This document shows, in pieces, positions 33,759 through 44,194 of a stretch of DNA of 64,000 nucleotides. The notes under the pieces were generated by a model. It ran no database searches. It saw nothing but the letters and a program-made list of their open reading frames with translations, and had not been told where the DNA came from. Position 1 is the first letter of the stretch. Each line of letters starts with the position of its first letter. This DNA comes from Acidimicrobiia bacterium (GTDB taxonomy: Bacteria > Actinomycetota > Acidimicrobiia > Spongiisociales > Spongiisociaceae), in the NCBI GenBank assembly GCA_041576165.1, contig JBFGLM010000004.1, positions 32,001-96,000 of the forward strand, read 5' to 3'. The position numbers were made by a program, and so were the translations under genes.

Positions 33759-34015
33759 GTCGCAATGAAGGAGGCGTAGGCGTGTGCCCAGCCTTCCTCA
33801 CCGTCGTCTGCGAGCGACCTCGCCGCCGCCACCAAGAGATAGATCAACTCTGATCGGGTGAGCTCTGCCTCGCCCATCGCGACGATCCGCGGCTGCAGGT
33901 ACTCGGCGTACCACATCGGCCATTCCGGATCGGCGCCGTTGGAAGCGATGAACGCTTCGTGGTGCGCGCGACCCGTTTCCTCCAGGAGCTCAGCCAGAGC
34001 AACCACGTCCATCAT
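33746..34015 (-). CDS. Small helical protein of unknown function
   Basis: 89-aa ORF coupled by ATGA to upstream gene; AHHEAF...DPEWPMWYAEYL motif. Confidence 0.7.
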   Translation of the reverse strand: MMDVVALAELLEETGRAHHEAFIASNGADPEWPMWYAEYLQPRIVAMGEAELTRSELIYLLVAAARSLADDGEEGWAHAYASFIATQLS

Positions 34016-34443
34016 GTCTCCGCCGGGCTCGACCTGGGGGCGTTGGGATCAGGCGTCACGTGTACAAACCACCAGGCAATGAGGCATAGCGCCGCAAACA
34101 GCAGCGCGAAAGCGGCCACCGCCGGCTCAAAGACGATCGCTGTCAACGCCTGAAAGACCGTGTAGAAGAACAGCAGTCCGACAACCAGCAGACGCCGGGA
34201 ACGGCGGTACTCGCGCAACGCCGCACCGGCGGCCACGCTGAGGCTCAGCGCGGCGATGAGGGCCGTCAATGGCAGTAGCAGCGTCAGCCGGATCCGCTGG
34301 CCCTCTTCGGTCACACCCAAGAAACGAGCTGCTTCCGCCAGCCTGGACTCGTCGGCGAGTGTCGTGACGTTGCCGGCAAAGTCGCCCAGCTCGAGCAGGC
34401 CGAGCAGGGCGAAGAACACGAGAGCTGCGATCCGAAATCTCAT
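34012..34443 (-). CDS. Membrane protein, unknown function
   Basis: About 4 hydrophobic segments; fills gap in minus-strand run. Confidence 0.65.
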   Translation of the reverse strand: MRFRIAALVFFALLGLLELGDFAGNVTTLADESRLAEAARFLGVTEEGQRIRLTLLLPLTALIAALSLSVAAGAALREYRRSRRLLVVGLLFFYTVFQALTAIVFEPAVAAFALLFAALCLIAWWFVHVTPDPNAPRSSPAET

Positions 34444-34520
34444 ACTGCCCCGGGATTCTGCATCCTAGAGGTCGCAGATCGGTGCATTACGCCACCAGCA
34501 TTCGCCCGCCAAATCTCCGG

Positions 34521-35498
34521 TCAGCGGTAGACATCAGGGTTCGCCACATACGGCATCGACTCTCGGTTGAGAGCCGCAATCAGGTTGCCGGCTGCCACCT
34601 CGGCCATATGCACCCTGGTGCGGACCGACGCGCTACCGATGTGCGGCACGATGTAACAGTTGGGGAGCGCAACCAGAGGATGGTCGGCCGGTATCGGCTC
34701 GGGGTCGGTTACATCCAGGCCGGCGGCGGCTATCACCCCCTCCGCCAGAGCTTCGGTGAGAGCCGGGGTGTTCACGATGGGGCCGCGGGCTGCGTTTACC
34801 AGGGTTGCGGTCGGTTTCATTTGCTTCAGGGCGGCGCCATCGATGAGACCTTGCGTCTCCGGCGTCAGGGCGCACAACACCATGACGTGGTCTGATTCCG
34901 CCAGAAGATCACCGAGGTCCCGATACTCGGCACCAAGCGCTTCCTCCGCCCGCGGATCGGGCGTCCGCTGCGTATATAGAATTCGCATCCCGAAACCGGC
35001 CGCGCGACGGGCAAAGGCCCGGCCGATCCGGCCCAACCCAATGATGCCGACCGTCGAGCCGTGCAAGTCGTGACCTAACAGCAGCTCCGGTTCCCATTGC
35101 GTCCATGCGCCAGACCGGACGTAGTCGCGCGCCTCACCCATCCGCCGGGCAGCCGCGATCAGGAGGCCGAACGCTAGATCAGCGGTTGTCTCGGTCAGGA
35201 CTCCCGGGGTATGCCCCACCGGAATTCGGCGGGCCGTGCAGGCCGCAAGGTCGACGTTGTCGACGCCGACGGCCATTTGGCTGATGGCGATGAGGCTGGG
35301 GGCGGCATCTAGTAGTTCCTCGTCGACCGCGTCTGTGAGCATGCAGTAGAGACCGGTGGCGTCCGCAATCCGGCCCAGCAGCTCGCGCCGCTCGATCGCC
35401 CGGTTCTCGCGCCACACCCACACGTCGCCCACCTGGCGCAGCCACTCAAGGACTTGTCCAGGCGGGGTGCGCGTGACAACGATCCGATGCCGGCTCAA
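34521..35498 (-). CDS. D-2-hydroxyacid dehydrogenase (glyoxylate reductase-like)
   Basis: AVGVDNVD, GLGRIG, NAARG, LDVTDPEP, PHIGS. Confidence 0.92.
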   Translation of the reverse strand: MSRHRIVVTRTPPGQVLEWLRQVGDVWVWRENRAIERRELLGRIADATGLYCMLTDAVDEELLDAAPSLIAISQMAVGVDNVDLAACTARRIPVGHTPGVLTETTADLAFGLLIAAARRMGEARDYVRSGAWTQWEPELLLGHDLHGSTVGIIGLGRIGRAFARRAAGFGMRILYTQRTPDPRAEEALGAEYRDLGDLLAESDHVMVLCALTPETQGLIDGAALKQMKPTATLVNAARGPIVNTPALTEALAEGVIAAAGLDVTDPEPIPADHPLVALPNCYIVPHIGSASVRTRVHMAEVAAGNLIAALNRESMPYVANPDVYR

Positions 35499-35582
35499 CG
35501 CATGACCGTCCTATCCCCCGAGGCGGCCCAGCTGGGACGCTCGCCTCTACGATCACCCAGTCGCGGCCGCGGAGCGGTACGC

Positions 35583-36791
35583 CTACGAGCGGGGAACGTC
35601 TGTCCACGGTACATCCTTGTCGACTCGGGGCTCACCGGGCAAACCAAGCACCCGCTCACCCAGAATGTTGCGCATGATCTCCGACGTCCCGCCTTCGATC
35701 GAGTTCGCCCTCGAACGAAGGAAGTTCATTTGCGGATCCCTCCGTCCCAACTGGCTCTCGTCGGGCCGGCTGAACGCGTACGTGGCGGGGAAGAGCATCC
35801 CGTCTCCGCCGAGGAGGTCCACACAGAACTCGTAGATCTCCTTGTTGAGCTCAGCCCACGCCAGTTTGCTGGTGGAACCCTCGGGACCGGGCGTGCCCCG
35901 CTGGGCCATCGCCGCCGCCCGCCGATTCGTCAAACGGGCGGCCTCGGCTGCCGTCCACAGCCGGATCAGCTGGTCGCGCTTGGCCGGCTCGTCATGTTGC
36001 AGCGATTGCCACACCTTCACGGCTTCGCCGATGGCACCACCACCGCGGGGGGTGGGCGAGCTGCCGATGGACACTCGTTCGTTCATCAGGGTGGTGATGG
36101 CCACCCGCCATCCGTCACCCCGATTCCCAAGGATGTTGGCATCCGGCACCCGCGCATCGGTGAAATACACCTCGCTGAACTCTGCCTCTCCGGTCAGCTG
36201 CCGGAGTGGGCGCACCTCCACAGCATCCTGAGTCATATCGATGATGAAATAGGACAGCCCCCGGTGCTTGGGCAGGGCTGGATCGGTACGGGCCAGCAAC
36301 ATTCCCCACTTGGCGGTGTGAGCCAGCGTCGTCCACACCTTTTGCCCGTTCACCACCCACTCGTCGCCGTCTTCAACGGCCCGGGTCGCAAGCCCCGCCA
36401 CGTCTGAACCGGCGCCGGGCTCGGAGAACAGCTGACACCAGATCTCCTCCCCGGTGAACAGCGGGCGCAGGTATCTGCCGGTTTGCTCGGACGTCCCGTG
36501 CGCGAGCACGGTGGGGGCGCCCATTCCGTAGCCGATGATGTTCCGGCTGATGTTGGAGAAGTTGGCCCCGGCCCCACGCAATCGGTCGAGCACGGTCCGC
36601 ATGTGGCCGCGACCGATCCCGAGACCCCCACGCCCTTCAGGGAAATGCACCCACGCCAGACCCGCGTCGTACTGGGCGCTCCAGAACGCTGTGTCGTCGG
36701 TGGTTGCCGGTGGGTACTCCTCCAGCAGCCGCGTGATCGTTGCGTCCACCTTGGCGGCGTCCCTCGACGCCCGCTCTGCCGATGATGTCAT
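35583..36791 (-). CDS. Acyl-CoA dehydrogenase family protein
   Basis: WCQLFSEPGAGSD, NGQKVWT, IEGGTSEIMRN. Confidence 0.93.
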   Translation of the reverse strand: MTSSAERASRDAAKVDATITRLLEEYPPATTDDTAFWSAQYDAGLAWVHFPEGRGGLGIGRGHMRTVLDRLRGAGANFSNISRNIIGYGMGAPTVLAHGTSEQTGRYLRPLFTGEEIWCQLFSEPGAGSDVAGLATRAVEDGDEWVVNGQKVWTTLAHTAKWGMLLARTDPALPKHRGLSYFIIDMTQDAVEVRPLRQLTGEAEFSEVYFTDARVPDANILGNRGDGWRVAITTLMNERVSIGSSPTPRGGGAIGEAVKVWQSLQHDEPAKRDQLIRLWTAAEAARLTNRRAAAMAQRGTPGPEGSTSKLAWAELNKEIYEFCVDLLGGDGMLFPATYAFSRPDESQLGRRDPQMNFLRSRANSIEGGTSEIMRNILGERVLGLPGEPRVDKDVPWTDVPRS

Positions 36792-36793
36792 CG

Positions 36794-37699
36794 TTATTCA
36801 GCCAGCAACTTGGCCAATAGGGTCATTTCTTCGGTGCTGCTCGTCGGAACAACGAAGTCCTCGACGTCCCGAATCTCGTCCAGGTGCTCCTGCACCTCTT
36901 CGGCGCTCGGGACCACCCCCGGCCCTGCGAACCAGCCCTGGTTTACGCCGACGAAGATGCGGCCGTACCGGCCGCCTCCCACCGTCCATATTTCGTGGCT
37001 GTGGGTGCAGGCGGGCGAGGCCAGGTAGGCAACCAGCGGTGCCACCTGGTCGGGGTCCACTTGGTCAATCAGTGGCCCCAGCAGGTCAGCAGTCATACGC
37101 GTGCGCGCCACGGGTGCGATGGCGTTCGAAAGGATGTTGTACTTGACGCCCTCGATGGCCACCACATTCATCAACCCAACCAGACCCATCTTGGCGGCTC
37201 CGTAGTTCGCCTGGCCGAAATTGCCGAAGAGCCCCGATGCCGACGAGGTGAACACGAACCGGCCGTAACCGTTCTCTTTCATCACCTCGAAGGCCGGGCG
37301 ACTGACGTGAAATGCTCCGTGGAGGTGGACATCGACGACGGCACGGAAGTCTTCGGCCTCCAGCTTGGCGAAACTCTTGTCTCGCAAGATGCCGGCGTTG
37401 TTGATGACTGCGTCGACGGTGCCGAAGGCATCGAGCGCCGTCTGGATGATTGCGACTCCGCCCTCGGGAGTCGCCACCGAGTCGTAGCTCGCCACGGCTT
37501 CCCCGCCGCCCGCCACGATCTCCGCCACCGTGGCGTCGGCCATGGTCGCCCCGCCCCCGGAACCATCGACCATGCCTCCGAGATCGTTCACGACGACCCG
37601 GGCGCCCCGCCGGGCGATTTCGAGCGCGTACGACTTTCCCAGCCCACCGCCGGCACCCGTCACGACCACCACCTGCTGGTCAAAGACAATATCTGACAT
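36794..37699 (-). CDS. Short-chain dehydrogenase (3-hydroxyacyl-CoA dehydrogenase-like)
   Basis: [28 protein letters not shown]. Confidence 0.92.
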   Translation of the reverse strand: MSDIVFDQQVVVVTGAGGGLGKSYALEIARRGARVVVNDLGGMVDGSGGGATMADATVAEIVAGGGEAVASYDSVATPEGGVAIIQTALDAFGTVDAVINNAGILRDKSFAKLEAEDFRAVVDVHLHGAFHVSRPAFEVMKENGYGRFVFTSSASGLFGNFGQANYGAAKMGLVGLMNVVAIEGVKYNILSNAIAPVARTRMTADLLGPLIDQVDPDQVAPLVAYLASPACTHSHEIWTVGGGRYGRIFVGVNQGWFAGPGVVPSAEEVQEHLDEIRDVEDFVVPTSSTEEMTLLAKLLAE

Positions 37700-37863
37700 C
37701 TCGGGCACCCTCACTTCCCTCGGTTTTCGCGAAATCTTGGTCCGGCACCGCGACTCCATCAATTCGACCGCGTCACGTGCCGATCAATTGTCATGACTGC
37801 CAGCGTGCCAGGCGCTTGCTGATGACTCCGGCGACGATTCCGTGGCTTCCTAATCTGGGGTGC

Positions 37864-40800
37864 ATGACAGATCACCCGAGCCGACTTTCTGGCGCCGATC
37901 CCGAGTGGTATCGGGACGCAACGATATACGAGACGCATGTCCGCGCGTTCAAGGATTCCAACGGTGACGGAATCGGCGACTTCCCTGGACTGACTTCCAA
38001 ACTCGACTACATACAGCAGCTCGGAGTCACTGCGATCTGGTTGTTGCCGTTCTACCCATCGCCCCTTCGCGACGATGGCTACGACATTGCTGACTACAAG
38101 GACGTACATCCAAGCTACGGCACCCTGGCAGACTTCCAGACCTTCCTGGACGAGGCCCACCGGCGGGACATGCGAGTCATCACCGAGTTGGTCATCAACC
38201 ACACCTCCGACCAGCACCCATGGTTCCAGCGCGCCCGGAGAGCCGCCGCTGGCACGACAGAACGCGATTTCTACGTGTGGAGTGACACGAGCGACCAATA
38301 CAACGATGTTCGCATCATCTTCCAGGACACGGAAACCTCTAACTGGGCGTGGGATCCGATGGCGGGCGCCTACTACTGGCATCGCTTCTTCTCTCACCAG
38401 CCCGATTTGAACTACGAGAACCCGGCGGTATTGGAGGCGGTGCTCGACGCGCTCGCCTTTTGGCTCGACATGGGCGTGGACGGCCTTCGGCTCGATGCGA
38501 TCCCCTACCTGTATGAACGGGAAGGCACCAACGGAGAAAACCTGCCGGAGACCCACCAAGCGCTGAAGCTCATCCGCGGGTACGTGGATGCGCATTACGA
38601 AGACCGCATGTTGATCGCCGAGGCCAACCAGTGGCCCGAGGATGCCGTTGAGTACTTCGGCGAGGGCGACGAATGCCACATGGCGTTCCACTTCCCGTTG
38701 ATGCCTCGCTTGTACTTGGCACTCCACACCGGTGATCGCCTTCCGATCGTGGACATCCTGGAACAGACGCCTCCCATCCCAGAGTCCGCCCAGTGGGCCA
38801 CGTTCTTGCGCAATCACGACGAGCTGACGCTGGAGATGGTCACCGCAGAAGAGCGGGAGCTGCTTTGGCATGCGTACGCCCCGGACCGTCGCGCCCGCCT
38901 GAACCTCGGCATTCGGCGGCGGCTGGCGCCGCTGCTCGGCAACGATCGCCGCCGGCTCGAACTGATGTATGGATTGTTGCTCTCTCTCGGCGGCACGCCC
39001 GTGCTCTATTACGGCGACGAGCTGGGCATGGGCGACAACATCTTCCTGGCGGACCGCGACGGCGTCCGCACGCCCATGCATTGGAGTAGCGACCGCAACG
39101 CGGGCTTCTCGGCGGCCAACCCGCAGTCGCTCTATTTGCCGGTGATCATCGACCCCGAATACCACTACGAAACAGTCAACGTCGAAGCGCAACACGCCAA
39201 CCCCAACTCACTGTTGTGGTGGGTGCGAAAGATGCTGATGCTGCGACGGCACCACACTGTCTTCGGCCGGGGCGACTTCCGGTTGCTCCACCCGTTCAAC
39301 CCTCACGTCCTGGCATTCCTGCGCAGCCACGAAGAGCAGTGCATCCTGGTCGTTGCCAATCTGTCGAACCAGGCTCAGTACGTCGAGCTGGATCTTCACG
39401 AGTTCGTCGGGACCAACCCCGTCGAGCTCACGGGAGGCACCCAGTTCCCCGCCATCGGCGAGCTGCCCTACCTGCTCACTCTGGGGCCCCATGCCTTCTT
39501 CTGGTTCGAGCTGAGCCGGGAAACCTCCCCGGCGCCCAACGGTCCAATCCACTTGTCCGAGCGCTTCGACTCATTGGTTGATGCCGACCATCCGCTGCTC
39601 CACGAAATCGACAGCTACCTCACCGAACAACCCTGGCTGCGCGACCTCGGGCCCGGCCACCTGATGTTGCGAGATGCCGTTCCGATTGGTGACCTGGATC
39701 AAACCCCGCGCTGGTGGGTCGGATTGTTTGATCGCACCGACGGCCGGGGAAGCGAGGTGAGCACATTCGCTCTCCCGATCGGGATCGGCAGCCAGAAGGA
39801 TGCGGATGTTGCGGCCGGATGCAAGATCGCCGACATCCAGTGGTTCGATCAATCGGGGATCGTGTTTGATGCCACCGCCGATGCTCGATTCCAAACGGAT
39901 CTCCTCAGGGACCTCAGCGAGCATCGCAAGCTGGTGAGCCAGCGGGGCGAACTGGAGTTGGTCGTCGTGTCCGAACGCGGGACTGAGGAGCCCCCCCAGA
40001 TCTCGGCGCATGCTCCCGGGCTGATATCCCGCCGGCGGGGCACTGCCATCATCGGGCTGGATGACGCTCAAGTGCTGCGTCTGTTCAGCGCGTTGGAGCC
40101 GGGCACGAGTCCCGGAGTTGAGCTGCGCCGGTACCTGACCGAGCGGGCTGCTTTCACCGTCGTCACGCCCGTAGGCGGTTGGATCAGTTACAACTCGGAC
40201 GAGGAGTTCACGGTCGGGGTGTTCGAGTCCCGCGGGCACGCGCTGACCACCGCGCTGGAGCTGTTCGGAAGCCTGGCAACCGCCTATTTGAGTGGAGAAT
40301 CCAAGGAGCTGGAGCATTCCGAGCAGATGGCCCGCGTACTGGCGGAGACAGTCGCGGCGGTTCACCTCGCATTGGCAGGACCCACCGAGGATCCCTCGCT
40401 CGTGCCCGAACCGCTCACGACTCTGGGACAACGTGGTCTCTACCAGACGCTCCGATCGTCGATCTCAGAGGGGCTGGCCGCCATTTCGCGCCGCCCTATT
40501 CCGACTGCCGACGCTGCCGGGGTGCGTGACATCGTGGATCGTCGGGCCGAGCTGCTGTCCGAACTGGAACCACTGCTGCATCACCACATCCGGACGGTAC
40601 AGACGCGCGTCCACGGGGAGATGCGCCTCGACGTGTTCTCGTGGACCGGCGAGATGTTTCGCATCCACGATTTCTCGGGTGACCGCACCATGCGGCCCGC
40701 CCAGCGCCGGCTGAAACGCAGCCCGCTTCGAGACGTGGCCCAGCTTCTCCGCTCAATTGAATATGCCGGTCTGTGGGCGGAGATCGAACTGGCCGACTCG

Positions 40801-41049
40801 GACCGGCTCGTCACGTCCGGCTTCCACTGGTCGGATGCTATGAAAGAAGCCCTACTGGCCACCTACCTCAAGGCGATGGCCGGATCCGCGGTGCTTCCGG
40901 ACAGTGACGACGACACGGCGCTGCTTCTGAGAGTGTTCCAGCTGGCTCGGGCCGTGCATGAGCTGCGGTGGGAGATTGAGCACCGACCTACCTGGATTCA
41001 GGTGCCCCGCCGCGGTCTCGGACATCTCATGGGCTGGCCTCTCGACTGA
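37864..41049 (+). CDS. treS: Trehalose synthase fused to a degenerate maltokinase-like domain
   Basis: GH13 motifs [28 protein letters not shown]; C-terminal kinase-like region with [10 protein letters not shown]. Confidence 0.93.
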   Translation: MTDHPSRLSGADPEWYRDATIYETHVRAFKDSNGDGIGDFPGLTSKLDYIQQLGVTAIWLLPFYPSPLRDDGYDIADYKDVHPSYGTLADFQTFLDEAHRRDMRVITELVINHTSDQHPWFQRARRAAAGTTERDFYVWSDTSDQYNDVRIIFQDTETSNWAWDPMAGAYYWHRFFSHQPDLNYENPAVLEAVLDALAFWLDMGVDGLRLDAIPYLYEREGTNGENLPETHQALKLIRGYVDAHYEDRMLIAEANQWPEDAVEYFGEGDECHMAFHFPLMPRLYLALHTGDRLPIVDILEQTPPIPESAQWATFLRNHDELTLEMVTAEERELLWHAYAPDRRARLNLGIRRRLAPLLGNDRRRLELMYGLLLSLGGTPVLYYGDELGMGDNIFLADRDGVRTPMHWSSDRNAGFSAANPQSLYLPVIIDPEYHYETVNVEAQHANPNSLLWWVRKMLMLRRHHTVFGRGDFRLLHPFNPHVLAFLRSHEEQCILVVANLSNQAQYVELDLHEFVGTNPVELTGGTQFPAIGELPYLLTLGPHAFFWFELSRETSPAPNGPIHLSERFDSLVDADHPLLHEIDSYLTEQPWLRDLGPGHLMLRDAVPIGDLDQTPRWWVGLFDRTDGRGSEVSTFALPIGIGSQKDADVAAGCKIADIQWFDQSGIVFDATADARFQTDLLRDLSEHRKLVSQRGELELVVVSERGTEEPPQISAHAPGLISRRRGTAIIGLDDAQVLRLFSALEPGTSPGVELRRYLTERAAFTVVTPVGGWISYNSDEEFTVGVFESRGHALTTALELFGSLATAYLSGESKELEHSEQMARVLAETVAAVHLALAGPTEDPSLVPEPLTTLGQRGLYQTLRSSISEGLAAISRRPIPTADAAGVRDIVDRRAELLSELEPLLHHHIRTVQTRVHGEMRLDVFSWTGEMFRIHDFSGDRTMRPAQRRLKRSPLRDVAQLLRSIEYAGLWAEIELADSDRLVTSGFHWSDAMKEALLATYLKAMAGSAVLPDSDDDTALLLRVFQLARAVHELRWEIEHRPTWIQVPRRGLGHLMGWPLD

Positions 41050-41204
41050 CCATCGCCTCGGTCAGCCCCCACCTCAGCCAGGCGGCCAGCTACATGCGCT
41101 CGGTCTGACGACCAGTCAACCTCATCCACCATCGGAGCCAGAACCCGTGGATCACGCGCTCCCGAGATCCGACCGGCCGGCGCCAGCCGCTCCGCGGCCC
41201 CCGA

Positions 41205-42572
41205 TCACGCGCCGAGTGCATCGAGACAGGTCCGGGCCCACCTGAACACGTCTGACCTGCGGACGGTCCGGGCCAGCGCTCGCATTCGCCGGGCGGCCTC
41301 CTCAGGGGGCATCGTGACGGCCCGAAAGAGAGTCTCGGCAACTGCGTCGACGTCATGCGGATTGACGATCAGCGCAGACCGCAGCTGTTCGGCCGCGCCG
41401 GCGAACTCGCTCAGCACGAGCACCCCCGCATTGTGAACCCGGGTTGCGACATACTCTTTGGCCACGAGGTTCATGCCATCCCGCAGTGGCGTCACCAGCA
41501 TCACGTCGGCCGCCAAGTAACAAGCCACGAGCTCTTCGAGCGGCAGGCTGCGATAGAGATAGTGAACCGGAGAGTGACCTGGCCGGGCGTGCGCGCCGTT
41601 GATGCGGCCCACCTCCCGCTCGATCGTCTCGCGCAGCGTCTGGTATGCCGGCACGGCCTCCCGGCTGGGCACAGCGACTTGAAGGAACTCGTATCGAACG
41701 TCCTGATCCCGAGTTCGCTCCAGCAATGTGTCGATCGCTTTCAACCGCACGTCTATGCCCTTCGTATAGTCGAGACGATCGACCCCCAGGATCACTCGGT
41801 CGGGATCACCCATGTCCTTGCGCAGCTCACGGGCTGCCTCTTGCACGTCGGGGGAACTGGCCAGCTGGCGGAACTCGCCGACATCGATCCCGATCGGCGC
41901 CCGCTGCACGCGGACGGTGTGGCCGGCCACCGACAGGACCCCGCGTCCTAGCGAGGTTGCGTCTCCGTACCGGCGGGCAGCCCGGATGAAATTCTCGGCA
42001 CTGCGCCGGGTCTGGAACGAGACGACGTCGGCTCCGAGCAGGCCGGAAATGATCTCCCGCCGCCAGGGCAGCCGGGCAAACAACTCAATGGGCGGGAAGG
42101 GGATGTGCAGGTAGAAGCCGATCATGGCCTCGGGGCGCTCGCTCCTGATCATGGCCGGGACCAGTTGCAGCTGATAGTCCTGAACCCAGGCGATGGCGCT
42201 CGGCTCCAGTGTCTTGACCACGCGGCGGGCGTAGCGCTCATTCACCGAGGCATACGCCCTCCACCAATGACGCCGGAACGCCGGAGCTACGACCGCATCG
42301 TGATACAGCGGCCAGAGAGTGCCGTTGCAGAACCCGTAGTAGAAGTCATCGACTTCGGATTCCGACAGCGGCACCGGGATCTGGCTGATCCCTCCATGGG
42401 CGAACGGGTCGATTGGTTCGTCCCAGGTTCCCGCCCAGCCAACCCAGGCACCGCGGCGCTCCTGCAGGATCGGGACCAGCGCCCGCACGAGTCCACCCGG
42501 GCTGGTCTCCCATTCGTCTCCCACCCTCCGCACCGGCAACCTGTTGGCGGCAACGACGATCTGTTTACTCAC
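41205..42572 (-). CDS. otsA: Trehalose-6-phosphate synthase (GT20)
   Basis: NRLP, GGLV, WPLYH, HIPFP, VDRLDYTKG, RDGMNLVAKEY. Confidence 0.88.
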   Translation of the reverse strand: MSKQIVVAANRLPVRRVGDEWETSPGGLVRALVPILQERRGAWVGWAGTWDEPIDPFAHGGISQIPVPLSESEVDDFYYGFCNGTLWPLYHDAVVAPAFRRHWWRAYASVNERYARRVVKTLEPSAIAWVQDYQLQLVPAMIRSERPEAMIGFYLHIPFPPIELFARLPWRREIISGLLGADVVSFQTRRSAENFIRAARRYGDATSLGRGVLSVAGHTVRVQRAPIGIDVGEFRQLASSPDVQEAARELRKDMGDPDRVILGVDRLDYTKGIDVRLKAIDTLLERTRDQDVRYEFLQVAVPSREAVPAYQTLRETIEREVGRINGAHARPGHSPVHYLYRSLPLEELVACYLAADVMLVTPLRDGMNLVAKEYVATRVHNAGVLVLSEFAGAAEQLRSALIVNPHDVDAVAETLFRAVTMPPEEAARRMRALARTVRRSDVFRWARTCLDALGA

Positions 42573-42583
42573 GACGTGCCACC

Positions 42584-44191
42584 TTACCCATGATCACGGT
42601 GGCGAATCACCACACCCTCGGATCCGCCCACGGTCATGCGGCCGGCGACGGGCTGCGGCCCGGCTGGTCCGGTGCGAGCGATGACCGTCCCTTCGTCCAC
42701 CTCGACCTCGCGCGATTCGACCGCGAAGTTGAGGAGAACCGTGATCGGGGCCGCATCCGGCGCCGATCTCCGATATGCGAACACGCCCGACGGCGCCTGG
42801 AGCGGCGAGAAGTCGCCGAGGGTGAGGGATGGTTCCCGGCGACGCAAGTGCAGCAGGTGGCGGTACAGGTTGAGCAGCGAACTCGGATCGGCGCTGGCCG
42901 CGGCCACATTGTGTCGCCGGTCGGGATCGACAACCGGGAGCCACGGCTCAGCGGCCGAGAACCCGGCGTGCGTGCGGGTCGACCATTGCATCGGCGTGCG
43001 GCACCCATCGCGGCCCAGCCCGGGAACCCGTACTCCCCACGGGTCCCGCTGCTGATCGGTGGGAATGTGCGCCTCCAGCATCCCGAGTTCGTCCCCGTAG
43101 TAAATGGTCGGTGTGCCGCGCAGCGTCAGCAGCAACATGGCGGCAATCCGGCAGGCCTGGGCGCCGAACCGGTGAACCATACGCGGCTCGTCATGATTGC
43201 CGAGGACGTAGTTGGGCCAGGCACCTTCGGGCAGGCTCGCTTCGAGATCATCCACCAGCTGGCGGAACTCTGACGCCTCCCACGGGGCATACAGCATCGA
43301 GAAGTTGAAGAGCATGTGAAGTTCGTCGCACTGCGCTCCGTAATAAGAACTCCAGGTGGGCCAGTGATACTCGTGGATCTCCCCGATGAGGACTCGGTCG
43401 CCTTCGTAGCCGTCCGCCAGGTCACGGAGCCCCGCAAAAACCTCGTGGAGGTCGGGATGTCCCCGGGAGTGACGATGCTCCATCAGGTCGAGCTCGCCGC
43501 GTGATTTCGTCGGGACACCTGGCTTGCGAGTCCGCGGGGGATTGTCCCGAAGTTCTGGATCCTTCATCACATAGTGGGCTGCGTCGATGCGGAAGCCGTC
43601 GACGCCGCGATCGAGCCAGAATCGCAGCGTATCGTGCATCGCCTCGACCACGTCCTGGTTGCGCCAGTTGAGGTCGGGTTGCTCGGGTAGGAATGAGTGG
43701 AGGTAGTACTGGCCGGTCCGGTCGTCCCACTCCCAGGCCGGCCCACCGAAGTCGGCGAGCCAATTGTTGGGCGGCCCACCGTCCGGGCTGGCATCGCGCC
43801 ACGTGTACCAATCGCGCTTGGGATTGCCCCGAGAGGAACGCGACTCGAGGAACCAGGGGTGGGCTGACGACGTGTGGTTCGGCACCCAGTCGATGATCAC
43901 CTTCAAACCCAGCTCGTGCGCCCGGTCCCGCAGGCGATCAAAGGCGCTGAGGTCCCCAAAGAGCGGATCAACGTCTGTGTAGTCGGTGACGTCGTATCCG
44001 AAGTCCGCCATCGGCGAGGGGTAGAACGGCGAGAGCCACACCGCCGTTGCCCCCAGGTCGGCCACGTAGTCCAGACGGCTGGTGATCCCCGCCAGGTCGC
44101 CCACACCGTCTCCGTCCGAGTCCAGAAAACTGCGTGGGTAGATCTGGTAGATGACCGCGGTTCGCCACCACGGTGCCGGAGGACGCGCCAC
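42584..44191 (-). CDS. GH13 alpha-glucosidase
   Basis: YQIYPRSF, VPNHTS, GFRIDAA, IGE, LGNHD, RDGCRTPM. Confidence 0.92.
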   Translation of the reverse strand: MARPPAPWWRTAVIYQIYPRSFLDSDGDGVGDLAGITSRLDYVADLGATAVWLSPFYPSPMADFGYDVTDYTDVDPLFGDLSAFDRLRDRAHELGLKVIIDWVPNHTSSAHPWFLESRSSRGNPKRDWYTWRDASPDGGPPNNWLADFGGPAWEWDDRTGQYYLHSFLPEQPDLNWRNQDVVEAMHDTLRFWLDRGVDGFRIDAAHYVMKDPELRDNPPRTRKPGVPTKSRGELDLMEHRHSRGHPDLHEVFAGLRDLADGYEGDRVLIGEIHEYHWPTWSSYYGAQCDELHMLFNFSMLYAPWEASEFRQLVDDLEASLPEGAWPNYVLGNHDEPRMVHRFGAQACRIAAMLLLTLRGTPTIYYGDELGMLEAHIPTDQQRDPWGVRVPGLGRDGCRTPMQWSTRTHAGFSAAEPWLPVVDPDRRHNVAAASADPSSLLNLYRHLLHLRRREPSLTLGDFSPLQAPSGVFAYRRSAPDAAPITVLLNFAVESREVEVDEGTVIARTGPAGPQPVAGRMTVGGSEGVVIRHRDHG

Positions 44192-44194
44192 GAC

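Noticed and set aside
37450-37863. 138-aa N-terminal extension of TreS in the ORF track
   Set aside because: Overlaps the SDR gene on the opposite strand; TAATCT-7-ATG supports a start at 37864
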